A stretch of 64,000 bases of DNA from an uncultured bacterium (GTDB lineage Bacteria > Acidobacteriota > HRBIN11 > JAKEFK01). Position 1 is the first letter of the stretch. Every line of letters starts with the position of its first letter. Below the pieces are notes generated by a model. The model was not told the DNA's origin. It ran no database searches and saw only the letters and a list, made by a program, of their open reading frames with translations. The stretch is from the NCBI GenBank assembly GCA_963777505.1, contig CAVZQN010000006.1, forward strand, positions 288,001 through 352,000. The letters are read 5' to 3'. This document shows positions 20,143 through 28,742 of the stretch, piece after piece. Position numbers and translations under genes: made by a program.

Positions 20143-22209
20143 ATGTCCACATTTGAGAAAGTCGGAGGTTTTCTCCTTTTTGAAAAAGTCGAAGAGGATA
20201 GACTTTCGAAAGATATGCTTGCTGGACAAATTTCCGGCAATCAAATTCAGCAAGTATGTGTTATCAAACGTTTTGACTCCTCGCTGTCAACCCTGCCCGA
20301 TTTCATTCTTGATCTAAATCAAGAATACGAGGGTATGAAATCCCTCTCTAACCCGAACATCATCAAACCATCACAATTTGTTCAGGATAAGAAAGAATTT
20401 GCAGCAGTCTTTGACTATGTTGAAGGAAAAAGTCTACGGACAGTTCTAAACAAGTGTGCACAGGACGGGTATCCATTCACCGTAGATCATGCCTTGCTTG
20501 TTGCGAGTCGACTCTGCACTGCATTGGAATATTTACATTCGAAAAAAGTAAATGAACAACGCATCATTCATGGTTATGTTTCACCGGAAGCAATTCTTGT
20601 CACGTATGATGGTGAAATCAGACTTCAATATCTCGGTCTTGCGCACGCGCTCCTAAAATTCCCTGCAGGTAAAGAAAAATTATTTCATGATTACAAAAAT
20701 TATCTTGCCCCTGAACTTTTGAGCCATCAGAAATGGGACAGGACCATCGACATTTATGGTGCGGGATTAGTTTTATATGAAATGCTCACAAGCGAAGTTC
20801 TGGACCGCACACAAACGCTTGAGAATGCAATCAATGATGCAATGATGAATTCAAACTCGGGTGAGAAAATTCCTCTACCCGATGATTTGAAAAAATTATT
20901 GTATCAAGCACTTTCACTCGAACCTTCAAATCGTTTTGCCTCTGTTGCTGATATGCGAAAAGCATTGGATCTGATGTTGTTTTCGAGTGAATTTTCGCCG
21001 ACAACTTTTAATCTAGCATTCTTTATGCATTCATTATTTCGTGAAACTATTGAAGAAGAGAGTAAAAAGATCGGACTCTATAAAAAAACCGACTATTCGG
21101 CTCATTTGAAACCTGAACCAGTTAGCGTTCCAGCGCCTCAGCCATCACAACCAGTCAAAAAGCCGGAGCCTGTTGCAGCCAAAGTTAAGGAAGCAACCGG
21201 GCCTGTCACACCATCGAGTCGTGTTGTTGAACGGCAGCCGCGAACAGCACACCCTCCTGTAGAGCAGCCAATTGTTTTTGCATCCACAGAAGCAAGAGAA
21301 AAATCGCGATTACCAATCTTTGCCGGACTGTTGCTGATCATTGCTGTTGGAGCAGCAATCTTTTACTTTTTCGCACTAAAACCAGGGAAAACTCCTACAG
21401 CAAAAGTGTCTCCGCCGCCGATCATTCAAGGATTGACCCCTGAACAAATGAAAATACAGGAAGAAGAACGGAAGAAATTAGAACAAGATGCTTTAACCGC
21501 GCAACAGGAAGCTCGCAAAAAGGACGAAGAACTAAAAGCATTGCAGGCTAAACTTGATGCGCTTTTAAAGGCACAGCAAGAACAGGCTAAAAAGAAAACA
21601 GAAGCTGAAAAACCGACGGTGGATGTTGTAGCAATCAAAAAGCTTCAGCAAGAAGCAAAGCGTTTAGAGGAAGAGAAAAATCAGCAGCAGGCACTTGCTG
21701 AACAAAAACTAAAGGAAGCTCAGGCAACTCCAAATCCGCCTGATCTACAACCTGTAACAGAACAAGCGCCGGAGAATATCGCTTCCACAACACTCCCTGT
21801 TCCTGCTCCGACTGATGGCATTAACCAGGATCCTCCTCCAGTTGAAGTACCTCAGCAGAAAGAAATTCCGGTTGAAATCGAACCAATAAAACCAGCGGTT
21901 GTAGAAGGACAGATCGTTGATCTTACGCCTGATGTAGTTAAGCCTGAAATTGTAAGCCGGGTAAATCCTTCGTATCCGCCTATTGCTCAACAAAAGAAAA
22001 TCGAAGGGACTGTAATCATAGGCGTTCTTGTTTCCGAACGCGGTGAAGTAGCTGAGGTAAAAGTACTGCGCAGTGGTGGAGGTGGTGGTCTGAATGAAGC
22101 AGCGCTTACTGCAGTTCGTAAATGGAAATTTCGCCCCGCAGTTAAAGAAGGCAAACGCGTTAAAGTGTGGATGACCTACCCCATCGTCTTCAAACTCAGC
22201 AAAGCTTAA
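20143..22209 (+). CDS. Ser/Thr pseudokinase - TM - coiled coil/Pro-rich linker - TonB C-terminal domain fusion
   Basis: Kinase fold motifs (VIK, DYVEGKSL, ALEYLH, YLAPE, DIYGAG..LYEMLT), with HRD replaced by HGY and DFG by YLG; TM LPIFAGLLLIIAVGAAIFYFFAL; TonB_C PSYPPIAQQKKIEGTV...AVRKWKFRPA. Confidence 0.85.
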   Translation: MSTFEKVGGFLLFEKVEEDRLSKDMLAGQISGNQIQQVCVIKRFDSSLSTLPDFILDLNQEYEGMKSLSNPNIIKPSQFVQDKKEFAAVFDYVEGKSLRTVLNKCAQDGYPFTVDHALLVASRLCTALEYLHSKKVNEQRIIHGYVSPEAILVTYDGEIRLQYLGLAHALLKFPAGKEKLFHDYKNYLAPELLSHQKWDRTIDIYGAGLVLYEMLTSEVLDRTQTLENAINDAMMNSNSGEKIPLPDDLKKLLYQALSLEPSNRFASVADMRKALDLMLFSSEFSPTTFNLAFFMHSLFRETIEEESKKIGLYKKTDYSAHLKPEPVSVPAPQPSQPVKKPEPVAAKVKEATGPVTPSSRVVERQPRTAHPPVEQPIVFASTEAREKSRLPIFAGLLLIIAVGAAIFYFFALKPGKTPTAKVSPPPIIQGLTPEQMKIQEEERKKLEQDALTAQQEARKKDEELKALQAKLDALLKAQQEQAKKKTEAEKPTVDVVAIKKLQQEAKRLEEEKNQQQALAEQKLKEAQATPNPPDLQPVTEQAPENIASTTLPVPAPTDGINQDPPPVEVPQQKEIPVEIEPIKPAVVEGQIVDLTPDVVKPEIVSRVNPSYPPIAQQKKIEGTVIIGVLVSERGEVAEVKVLRSGGGGGLNEAALTAVRKWKFRPAVKEGKRVKVWMTYPIVFKLSKA

Positions 22210-22210
22210 T

Positions 22211-22230
22211 CTTTGCGTCTTTGCGGTTGA
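22211..22230 (+). repeat. Octamer-based intergenic motif (CTTTGCGTCTTTGCGGTTGA)
   Basis: Fills the 22-bp gap between convergent stop codons. Confidence 0.8.
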
Positions 22231-22231
22231 G

Positions 22232-25200
22232 TTACTGAATCAGGGCTTGTGCTTCCTCGAACCTTGCGGACAGAACAGTTGAGACACCTGGTTCTGCCAT
22301 TGTGACACCATACAACTGATCGGCAGCTTCCATCGTGCCTTTTTGGTGGGTGACTACAATAAACTGAATTTGCTTTTTCATTTCTGAAATGACTGCAAGA
22401 AATCGTTGCACGTTGACATCATCGAGCGCAGCATCGACTTCATCCATTACGCAGAAGGGACTTGGGTTGTATTGAAACAATGCCATCAAAAATGCGATTC
22501 CGCTGAGCGCTTTTTCACCACCGCTAAGAAGATTCACGTTCTGAAGCCTCTTACCAGGCGGTTGTACATGAATATCAATTCCGCTGTCATGAACATTTTC
22601 CGGATCGATGAGCACCATCTCTGATTTACCGCCATTGAACAACCTTTGGAAGAAATTGTGGAAATGTCCTTGAACTGCATTAAACGCGTCATGAAAACGC
22701 CGTAGAGAAGTTTCATCGATTCTCTTAATTGTTTCTAACAAGGTTTCAATGGAAAGTTTAAGATCTTCATATTGAGTCTTCAAGAAACGATGACGTTCTT
22801 CCATCTGAACATATTCATCAAGCGCCAATTCATTGATCGAACCGAGCCGTTCCATGCGCTTTTCTGTTTCCTGCATTCTATTGCGAAGTTCCTCGTCATT
22901 GAGGTTAAGAAATTCTGATTCGGGAAGCTGAAGTTCAGCCAGTTCGATTCCCATTTCTTCTCTACACCGCAACAGAAGATCTTCTTGCTGAGTATCAATG
23001 CGAGCTTTTTCCACTTCAGCGGTACTTCTTTCCTGTCTCACGGTATCCAGAACTGTACGGGCTTCTTGTACTCCATTGTCCTGGGCAGTAATTTCGGTCG
23101 TCAGATTTTCTTTTTGCTGTTCTTGATTTCCAATTGATTGTTTTTGCTCATCACGCGACCGCAGTATTTCTATTTGTTGCTGTTCAAGTTGATTGCAAAT
23201 AATTTCCGTTTCACCGATTTCCTGTTCACGCTGTCGTACGATTTCCACATTATCTGCAATTGAACGCTGAACATTTTCATGCTGTTCTTTTAAACGATCG
23301 ATTTCAGCAAGTGCTGATCTGTCTCGCTCCTTTAATTCCGCGATTTGAATCCGTGATTCATGTACGCGCGCTTGAAGATCTGATTGTTCGCGTCTTTTGA
23401 TTTCCAGCTGCAGTTCATCTTCCTGGAATTGTGATTCACATTCTTGCCGCTTTGACGTTTCCTGTTCAAGTTGCATCAGGAATTGTTGCGATCTTGCATG
23501 TACAGCTTCACGTTCATTAACAAGCAGAGAAATTTCAGTATTTAATGCTTCAATAATGTTCGATTCGCGCGAAAGTTCCTTTTCTAATTGATCGGTCTCC
23601 ATTTTGACCATCATTCGATCTTTGTTTTTGGAATCACGTACTTCACTCAACCTTACCAATTCTCGATTCGAGACATCAAGACGATCCTGAATCGCACGAA
23701 CTTGATTTTCGAGATTGAGGAGGTGTTCTTCTACGGCTTCCATTTCAACCGTAAGTTCCTTTTTTTGCCGTTGAATCGAAATGAGTCCAGGCATATCGTC
23801 TGATTTCGCGCCGCCTGCATACACAGTTGGAGAAAGGATCACATCACCTTGAACTGTAACGAATTGATAATCCGGGTACCGTTTGATTAAACCTTGGGCC
23901 GATTCAAGATTGTCCACCAACACTGCCGTTTGTATAAAAGGGGCAACTGCTGGCAGAGCTTCATCACGGATTGCGACCTTTTCATGAAGTGTTCCAATGA
24001 CACCTGTTTCGTTACGGAGTTCATCAGGCAATTGCGGTGGATTCAAATCATGGCCGTTTTTAATTACAAAACCGCAGTATCCGAGATTTTCCTGTTTCAG
24101 AAGATCGATCGATGAAAGCGCATTTGATTCTTCATTCACAATTAAGTAATTCAATTTGTCAGCAAGAAAATTCTCAACTGCAGTTTCATACCGCGGTTCT
24201 GTTTGAATAAAGTCCATCATCATTCCAAGGGTATGAGCCGCAGGGCGATTTGATAGATCGCGAGCTGATTCGTTATAGAACTTTGATGAATGCTGTTGCG
24301 CATCCAGCTTCTGAAGTTCCATCCGCAGATCCTGCTGCCGCTTAAATGCGTTTTGGAGTTGTCCCTGCAACGCATCCCATTCAACTTTATCGTGGTCACA
24401 GCGTTGATGGATCTCAGATTTTGTATGATCAAGATAACCTAGCTCTTCTTCAATCTGCTGGCCGGCTGAGCGTTTTATGTCAAAAGCATTATTAAATTCC
24501 TGCTGCGATTTACGGACGTTTTCAAGCTCAACTTCTTTCTTACTGATAAATTCAACAAGATGTTCATGCTGCGTATGAAGCCGCGTTTGTTCATTTTTTA
24601 ATTGCGATGCGCTGGATAGTAAATCCAGAATTTCTTTTCGCAATTGCTGAACCCGCTGTTCAAGATTGTTTGATTCGGTTGTCTTTTGATCGAGTTGAGC
24701 AAATAACTGAGTATGATGCTGCACCAGCTCATCTGTCTGTGACTTCAGCTCCAACTCTTCCGCAGTTTTGGACTGCATTGTTTGCTGCAAATTAATTTCT
24801 TCCTGGGACAGACGCGTAATATCCGTTTCTTTTTCCTGGATGTTGTTACGCAATTCGCTGATACGCTGGCGTTTATATTGAAGATTGCTCTGATTTTCCT
24901 GAATCTGCATTTCGATTTGATGAAGTGTCGATTGAGCCTGGAATAGCCGGCTTTCAAGTTCTGCAAAACGCAGCTTCATTTCATTCAGCACAAGTTCACG
25001 TTGCTGTAAATTCTGGAGCGCACTTTGTTCTTCTTCAAATTTTTTACTGAGTTGTTCTTCCAGTCTCTGGCGATCTTCCTGGATTTGTTGGTACTTTCGA
25101 ATAAATACGATGCGTTGAATTGTTCCTTTCTCTTCTTTCAGCATTTGATAGCGGCGTGCTTTGGCAGCCTGCCGCTTTAAGCTGGAAAGTTGCTTTTCAA

Positions 25201-25789
25201 CTTCAGTCAAAATGTCCTGGATGCGTTCCAGTTGAAGCTGATTTTCAGCTAATTTCATTTGAGCGGCACGTTTTTTATGCTTGAATTCTGCCACTCCAGC
25301 AACTTCTTCAATGAGGCCTCTTCGTTCAATTGGTTTTGACTCAAAAAGAAAATTGATGCGGCCTTGTTCGAGAATTGAATACGCAAGCGGATCAAATCCT
25401 TCATTGAGGAAAAAAGCATGAATGTCTTTGAGACGGCAAATGTCGCCGTTCATCTCGTATTGGCTGTCACCTGACCGGAAAAGACGACGTGCAATCGAAA
25501 TTTCAGGCGCTGCTGGATTGTCTTTTTCAGTCTTCCAGACCAGGGCAACCTGAGCCATGTTTACGGGTTTACGATTTTTTGAGCCCGTAAAGATGACTTC
25601 TTCCATTTTGTCGCTGCGTAAAGATTTTGCGCTTTGTTCGCCGAGCACCCAATTGAGTGCATCCACGACATTGCTCTTTCCGCAGCCATTAGGGCCGACA
25701 ATCGAAGTGATGCCCTGGTTGATCTTTATGATCGTTTTTTCACAAAAAGACTTAAATCCCAATATCTCAATGCGGTCTAAAAATAGCAT
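22232..25789 (-). CDS. smc: Chromosome segregation protein SMC
   Basis: GFKSF, VGPNGCGKSN, coiled coils with hinge, LSGGEK, MDEVDAALD; start MLFLDRIE at 25789. Confidence 0.96.
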   Translation of the reverse strand: MLFLDRIEILGFKSFCEKTIIKINQGITSIVGPNGCGKSNVVDALNWVLGEQSAKSLRSDKMEEVIFTGSKNRKPVNMAQVALVWKTEKDNPAAPEISIARRLFRSGDSQYEMNGDICRLKDIHAFFLNEGFDPLAYSILEQGRINFLFESKPIERRGLIEEVAGVAEFKHKKRAAQMKLAENQLQLERIQDILTEVEKQLSSLKRQAAKARRYQMLKEEKGTIQRIVFIRKYQQIQEDRQRLEEQLSKKFEEEQSALQNLQQRELVLNEMKLRFAELESRLFQAQSTLHQIEMQIQENQSNLQYKRQRISELRNNIQEKETDITRLSQEEINLQQTMQSKTAEELELKSQTDELVQHHTQLFAQLDQKTTESNNLEQRVQQLRKEILDLLSSASQLKNEQTRLHTQHEHLVEFISKKEVELENVRKSQQEFNNAFDIKRSAGQQIEEELGYLDHTKSEIHQRCDHDKVEWDALQGQLQNAFKRQQDLRMELQKLDAQQHSSKFYNESARDLSNRPAAHTLGMMMDFIQTEPRYETAVENFLADKLNYLIVNEESNALSSIDLLKQENLGYCGFVIKNGHDLNPPQLPDELRNETGVIGTLHEKVAIRDEALPAVAPFIQTAVLVDNLESAQGLIKRYPDYQFVTVQGDVILSPTVYAGGAKSDDMPGLISIQRQKKELTVEMEAVEEHLLNLENQVRAIQDRLDVSNRELVRLSEVRDSKNKDRMMVKMETDQLEKELSRESNIIEALNTEISLLVNEREAVHARSQQFLMQLEQETSKRQECESQFQEDELQLEIKRREQSDLQARVHESRIQIAELKERDRSALAEIDRLKEQHENVQRSIADNVEIVRQREQEIGETEIICNQLEQQQIEILRSRDEQKQSIGNQEQQKENLTTEITAQDNGVQEARTVLDTVRQERSTAEVEKARIDTQQEDLLLRCREEMGIELAELQLPESEFLNLNDEELRNRMQETEKRMERLGSINELALDEYVQMEERHRFLKTQYEDLKLSIETLLETIKRIDETSLRRFHDAFNAVQGHFHNFFQRLFNGGKSEMVLIDPENVHDSGIDIHVQPPGKRLQNVNLLSGGEKALSGIAFLMALFQYNPSPFCVMDEVDAALDDVNVQRFLAVISEMKKQIQFIVVTHQKGTMEAADQLYGVTMAEPGVSTVLSARFEEAQALIQ

Positions 25790-25793
25790 GATT

Positions 25794-25840
25794 CCACTAT
25801 ATCCCGTGGTAGTTTTGAAAGTCGCCACAAAGTATAGCAT
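25794..25840. promoter_or_regulatory. Tandem NrdR-box-like sites overlapping the smc promoter
   Basis: CCACTATATCCCGTGG (25794-25809) and CCACAAAGTATAGCAT (25825-25840), 31 bp start to start; the second overlaps a TGcTATACT extended -10 on the minus strand. Confidence 0.6.
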
Positions 25841-25949
25841 GTGAGACGAAGGCCATCAAGCATTTCGCGAAAAATGAATAAAGTAGAAGGATGATGTTAG
25901 CAGAACTGCCGCCGAAGATGCTGATGAACCCGGGCTAGGTGATTGCTTT

Positions 25950-25978
25950 TTGACACCTTATGCGGTTTCCATTACAAT
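25950..25978 (+). promoter_or_regulatory. Sigma70-type promoter for ilvE
   Basis: TTGACA-17 bp-TACAAT. Confidence 0.75.
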
Positions 25979-26042
25979 TGCCGCAGAGCTTGCTATAAGT
26001 CCGTTGGATTCCCAAAACTAGTGAAAAGGAGTTTATAAAATC

Positions 26043-27023
26043 ATGGATTTCAAGGGAAAGTCCGAGAAGATTTGGTACAACGGAGAGTTTGTAGATTGGG
26101 ATGACTGCAAAATTCACATAGCGTCCCATGTAATTCATTATGGTTCAGCGGTTTTTGGTGGAATGCGTTGTTATAAAACACGCAATGGTTCGGCTGTTTT
26201 TCGGATGCAGGATCATACGAAGCGTTTAATTGATTCGTGCAAGATTTACAGAATGGACCCGGCTTATACGCAGGAAGATTACAATGAAGCGGTCCTTGAA
26301 ACGATCCGCATGAACCAAATGAAAGAATGTTATGTTCGGCCGATTGTGTACCGCGGCTATCATAGTCTTGGAGTCAATCCATTTCCCTGTCCTGTGGACT
26401 CTGCGATTCTAATTTGGGAGTGGGGCAAATATCTTGGGGAAGAAGCCTTGGAGAAAGGCGTCGATGTTTGCGTCTCATCGTGGAATCGGATGGAGCCCAA
26501 TACCCTTCCTGCCCTTGCAAAATCGAGTGCCAATTACATGAATTCTCAATTGATCCGTATGGAAGCAATTGTTGGCGGATTTGTTGAAGGGATTGCACTG
26601 GATCCATCAGGTCATGTAAGCGAAGGAAGCGGCGAAAATGTATTCCTCTATTGGAGAGGCAAGATCTACACACCGAATCTAGCATCGAGTGTTTTATGCG
26701 GGATTACTCGATCTACAGTGATTCAAATTGCGGAAGATCTTGGTTATGAAGTTGTTGAAGATGCAATACCGCGAGAGCTTTTATATATAGCGGATGAAGT
26801 TTTTATGACAGGAAGTGCTGCTGAAATTACGCCGATCCGCTCTATCGATAAAATTGAGATTGGCAATGGAAGACGTGGTCCTGTTACGGAGAGAATACAG
26901 AGGGAATTTTTTGGAATCATATCGGGTGAAAAGCCCGATCGTCACGGATGGTTGACTCCGGTTTATGCCGAAGAACACGAATCCGAGGCGGTGGCCGTAG
27001 AGAAGGTAGCTCACGGAAAATAG
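26043..27023 (+). CDS. ilvE: Branched-chain amino acid aminotransferase
   Basis: IHYGSAVFGGMRCY, AKSSANY, EGSGEN, GITR, TGSAAEITP. Confidence 0.93.
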   Translation: MDFKGKSEKIWYNGEFVDWDDCKIHIASHVIHYGSAVFGGMRCYKTRNGSAVFRMQDHTKRLIDSCKIYRMDPAYTQEDYNEAVLETIRMNQMKECYVRPIVYRGYHSLGVNPFPCPVDSAILIWEWGKYLGEEALEKGVDVCVSSWNRMEPNTLPALAKSSANYMNSQLIRMEAIVGGFVEGIALDPSGHVSEGSGENVFLYWRGKIYTPNLASSVLCGITRSTVIQIAEDLGYEVVEDAIPRELLYIADEVFMTGSAAEITPIRSIDKIEIGNGRRGPVTERIQREFFGIISGEKPDRHGWLTPVYAEEHESEAVAVEKVAHGK

Positions 27024-27051
27024 TTAAGAAGGGTCTCGGAGGATTTCGCAT

Positions 27052-28245
27052 ATGCATATTAACGATCTGTTGAAGATCGCAACGGAGAAGGGGGCTTCAG
27101 ATCTTCACTTAAAAGTTGGTTCGCACCCGGTGTTACGGATTACGGGCGAGCTTGTACCCCAGGTCGATTTAAAGCGGTTGATGCAGGAAGACACGATTGC
27201 GATGGCTTTCAGCATTATGAATAACCGCCAAAAGCAAAAATTTAAGGATCATCTGGAGATTGATATTGCATATAGCGTCCCCGGATTGGGCCGTTTTCGA
27301 TGCAACATTTTTCAACAACGCGGAACTGTCGGTCTCGTACTGCGCGTAATTCCTGTCAAAATTTTAACAATTCGTGAATTGTTATTGCCGCTTGTTCTTG
27401 AAAAAATTTCGATGGAACAACGTGGTTTGATTCTTTGCACAGGAACAACAGGTTCCGGTAAATCTACATCACTTGCAGCTCTCATCGATTACATTAACGC
27501 TCATCGTAAAGCTCATATCATTACGATCGAGGATCCAATCGAATTCTTGCATCGTGATAAAAAGAGTTTAATCAATCAACGTGAAGTTGAAGTAGATACA
27601 AAAAGTTTCGCAGGGGCATTGCGATCTGCATTACGTCAGGATCCTGATGTAATTCTGGTCGGTGAAATGCGTGATTATGAAACGATTGAAACGGCAATCA
27701 CGGCTGCTGAAACAGGTCACCTTGTTCTCAGTACGTTGCATACATTGGATGCCACTGAAACGATTAACCGTATTATTGCGGTTTTCCCACCTCATCAACA
27801 AAAGCAGATTCGGTTACAGCTGGCCCAAGTTTTGAAAGCTGTTATCTCACTCCGCTTGATGCCTAAGGCGGATGGGCAGGGCCGAGTGCCTGCAACAGAG
27901 GTGCTGGTTTCAACTGCTCTGATCCGCGACTACATTATTAATAAAGAAAAGACTCGTCTGATTACGGACGCAATTGCTCAGGGTGTTTCTCAATACGGGA
28001 TGCAAACCTTCGATCAATCCCTTTATGCTTTGCTAAAGAAAGGGATGATTACTTACGAAGAAGCTTTGTTAAGAGCGACAAATCCCGAAGAATTCAAATT
28101 GCGTTTGCAGGGTATTTCTTCAACCAGCGGTATGACGCAGGAACAGATCGAAGAATTTACTTTACGCGACGGTACGGGAAAGGATTCGGTCGATTCAAGC
28201 GGATCGTTGGGCGACGACTTCCCGATGGACGAACTCGAACGGTAG
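27052..28245 (+). CDS. pilT: Type IV pilus retraction ATPase, PilT/PilU family
   Basis: ASDLHL, GTTGSGKST, TIEDPIE, LRQDPDVILVGEMRD, AAETGHLVLSTLH, GMQTFDQ. Confidence 0.92.
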   Translation: MHINDLLKIATEKGASDLHLKVGSHPVLRITGELVPQVDLKRLMQEDTIAMAFSIMNNRQKQKFKDHLEIDIAYSVPGLGRFRCNIFQQRGTVGLVLRVIPVKILTIRELLLPLVLEKISMEQRGLILCTGTTGSGKSTSLAALIDYINAHRKAHIITIEDPIEFLHRDKKSLINQREVEVDTKSFAGALRSALRQDPDVILVGEMRDYETIETAITAAETGHLVLSTLHTLDATETINRIIAVFPPHQQKQIRLQLAQVLKAVISLRLMPKADGQGRVPATEVLVSTALIRDYIINKEKTRLITDAIAQGVSQYGMQTFDQSLYALLKKGMITYEEALLRATNPEEFKLRLQGISSTSGMTQEQIEEFTLRDGTGKDSVDSSGSLGDDFPMDELER

Positions 28246-28263
28246 AACCTTTGTGTCTCTGCG

Positions 28264-28719
28264 GTGAGTTCTAATCCTGCGCGCGAGAAAGCACTTTCGT
28301 ATCTAGGGCGTTTTTCAAGAACACGAAAGCAGGTCGCAGACTATCTTAGACGGAAAGAATTCACTCCCGATCAAATCCAGGATGCGATCGCGTATCTTGT
28401 CGAGCATCGGTATCTAAACGACGATGCTTTTGCTGAATCTTTTGTTCTAGAAAAAATCCGTCATAAAGATGGACCGATGAAGATCCGTCAAATGCTGTAT
28501 TTGAAAGGGATTCCTACCGACCTAGCGACCCGGATATTGAATGAAAAGTATCCAGTTGAAATCCAGGAGGAAAGTGCTGCCGCGCTCATGCGCCAGAAAC
28601 TTCGTTCAGGCCAAATCGCTTCTAAATTAGGCCGGAGCGATCGTGAGAAGTTATTCCGTTTTGTTGCTTCCCGCGGTTTCAACCGGTATGTTATTATTCA
28701 AGCTTTTAAATCGCTGTAA
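28264..28719 (+). CDS. recX: Recombination regulator RecX
   Basis: ALSYLG..SRT, YLNDDAFA, GPMKIRQ, SRGF. Confidence 0.8.
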   Translation: MSSNPAREKALSYLGRFSRTRKQVADYLRRKEFTPDQIQDAIAYLVEHRYLNDDAFAESFVLEKIRHKDGPMKIRQMLYLKGIPTDLATRILNEKYPVEIQEESAAALMRQKLRSGQIASKLGRSDREKLFRFVASRGFNRYVIIQAFKSL

Positions 28720-28742
28720 TTCGCTGCGTCTCCGCGGTTTTT

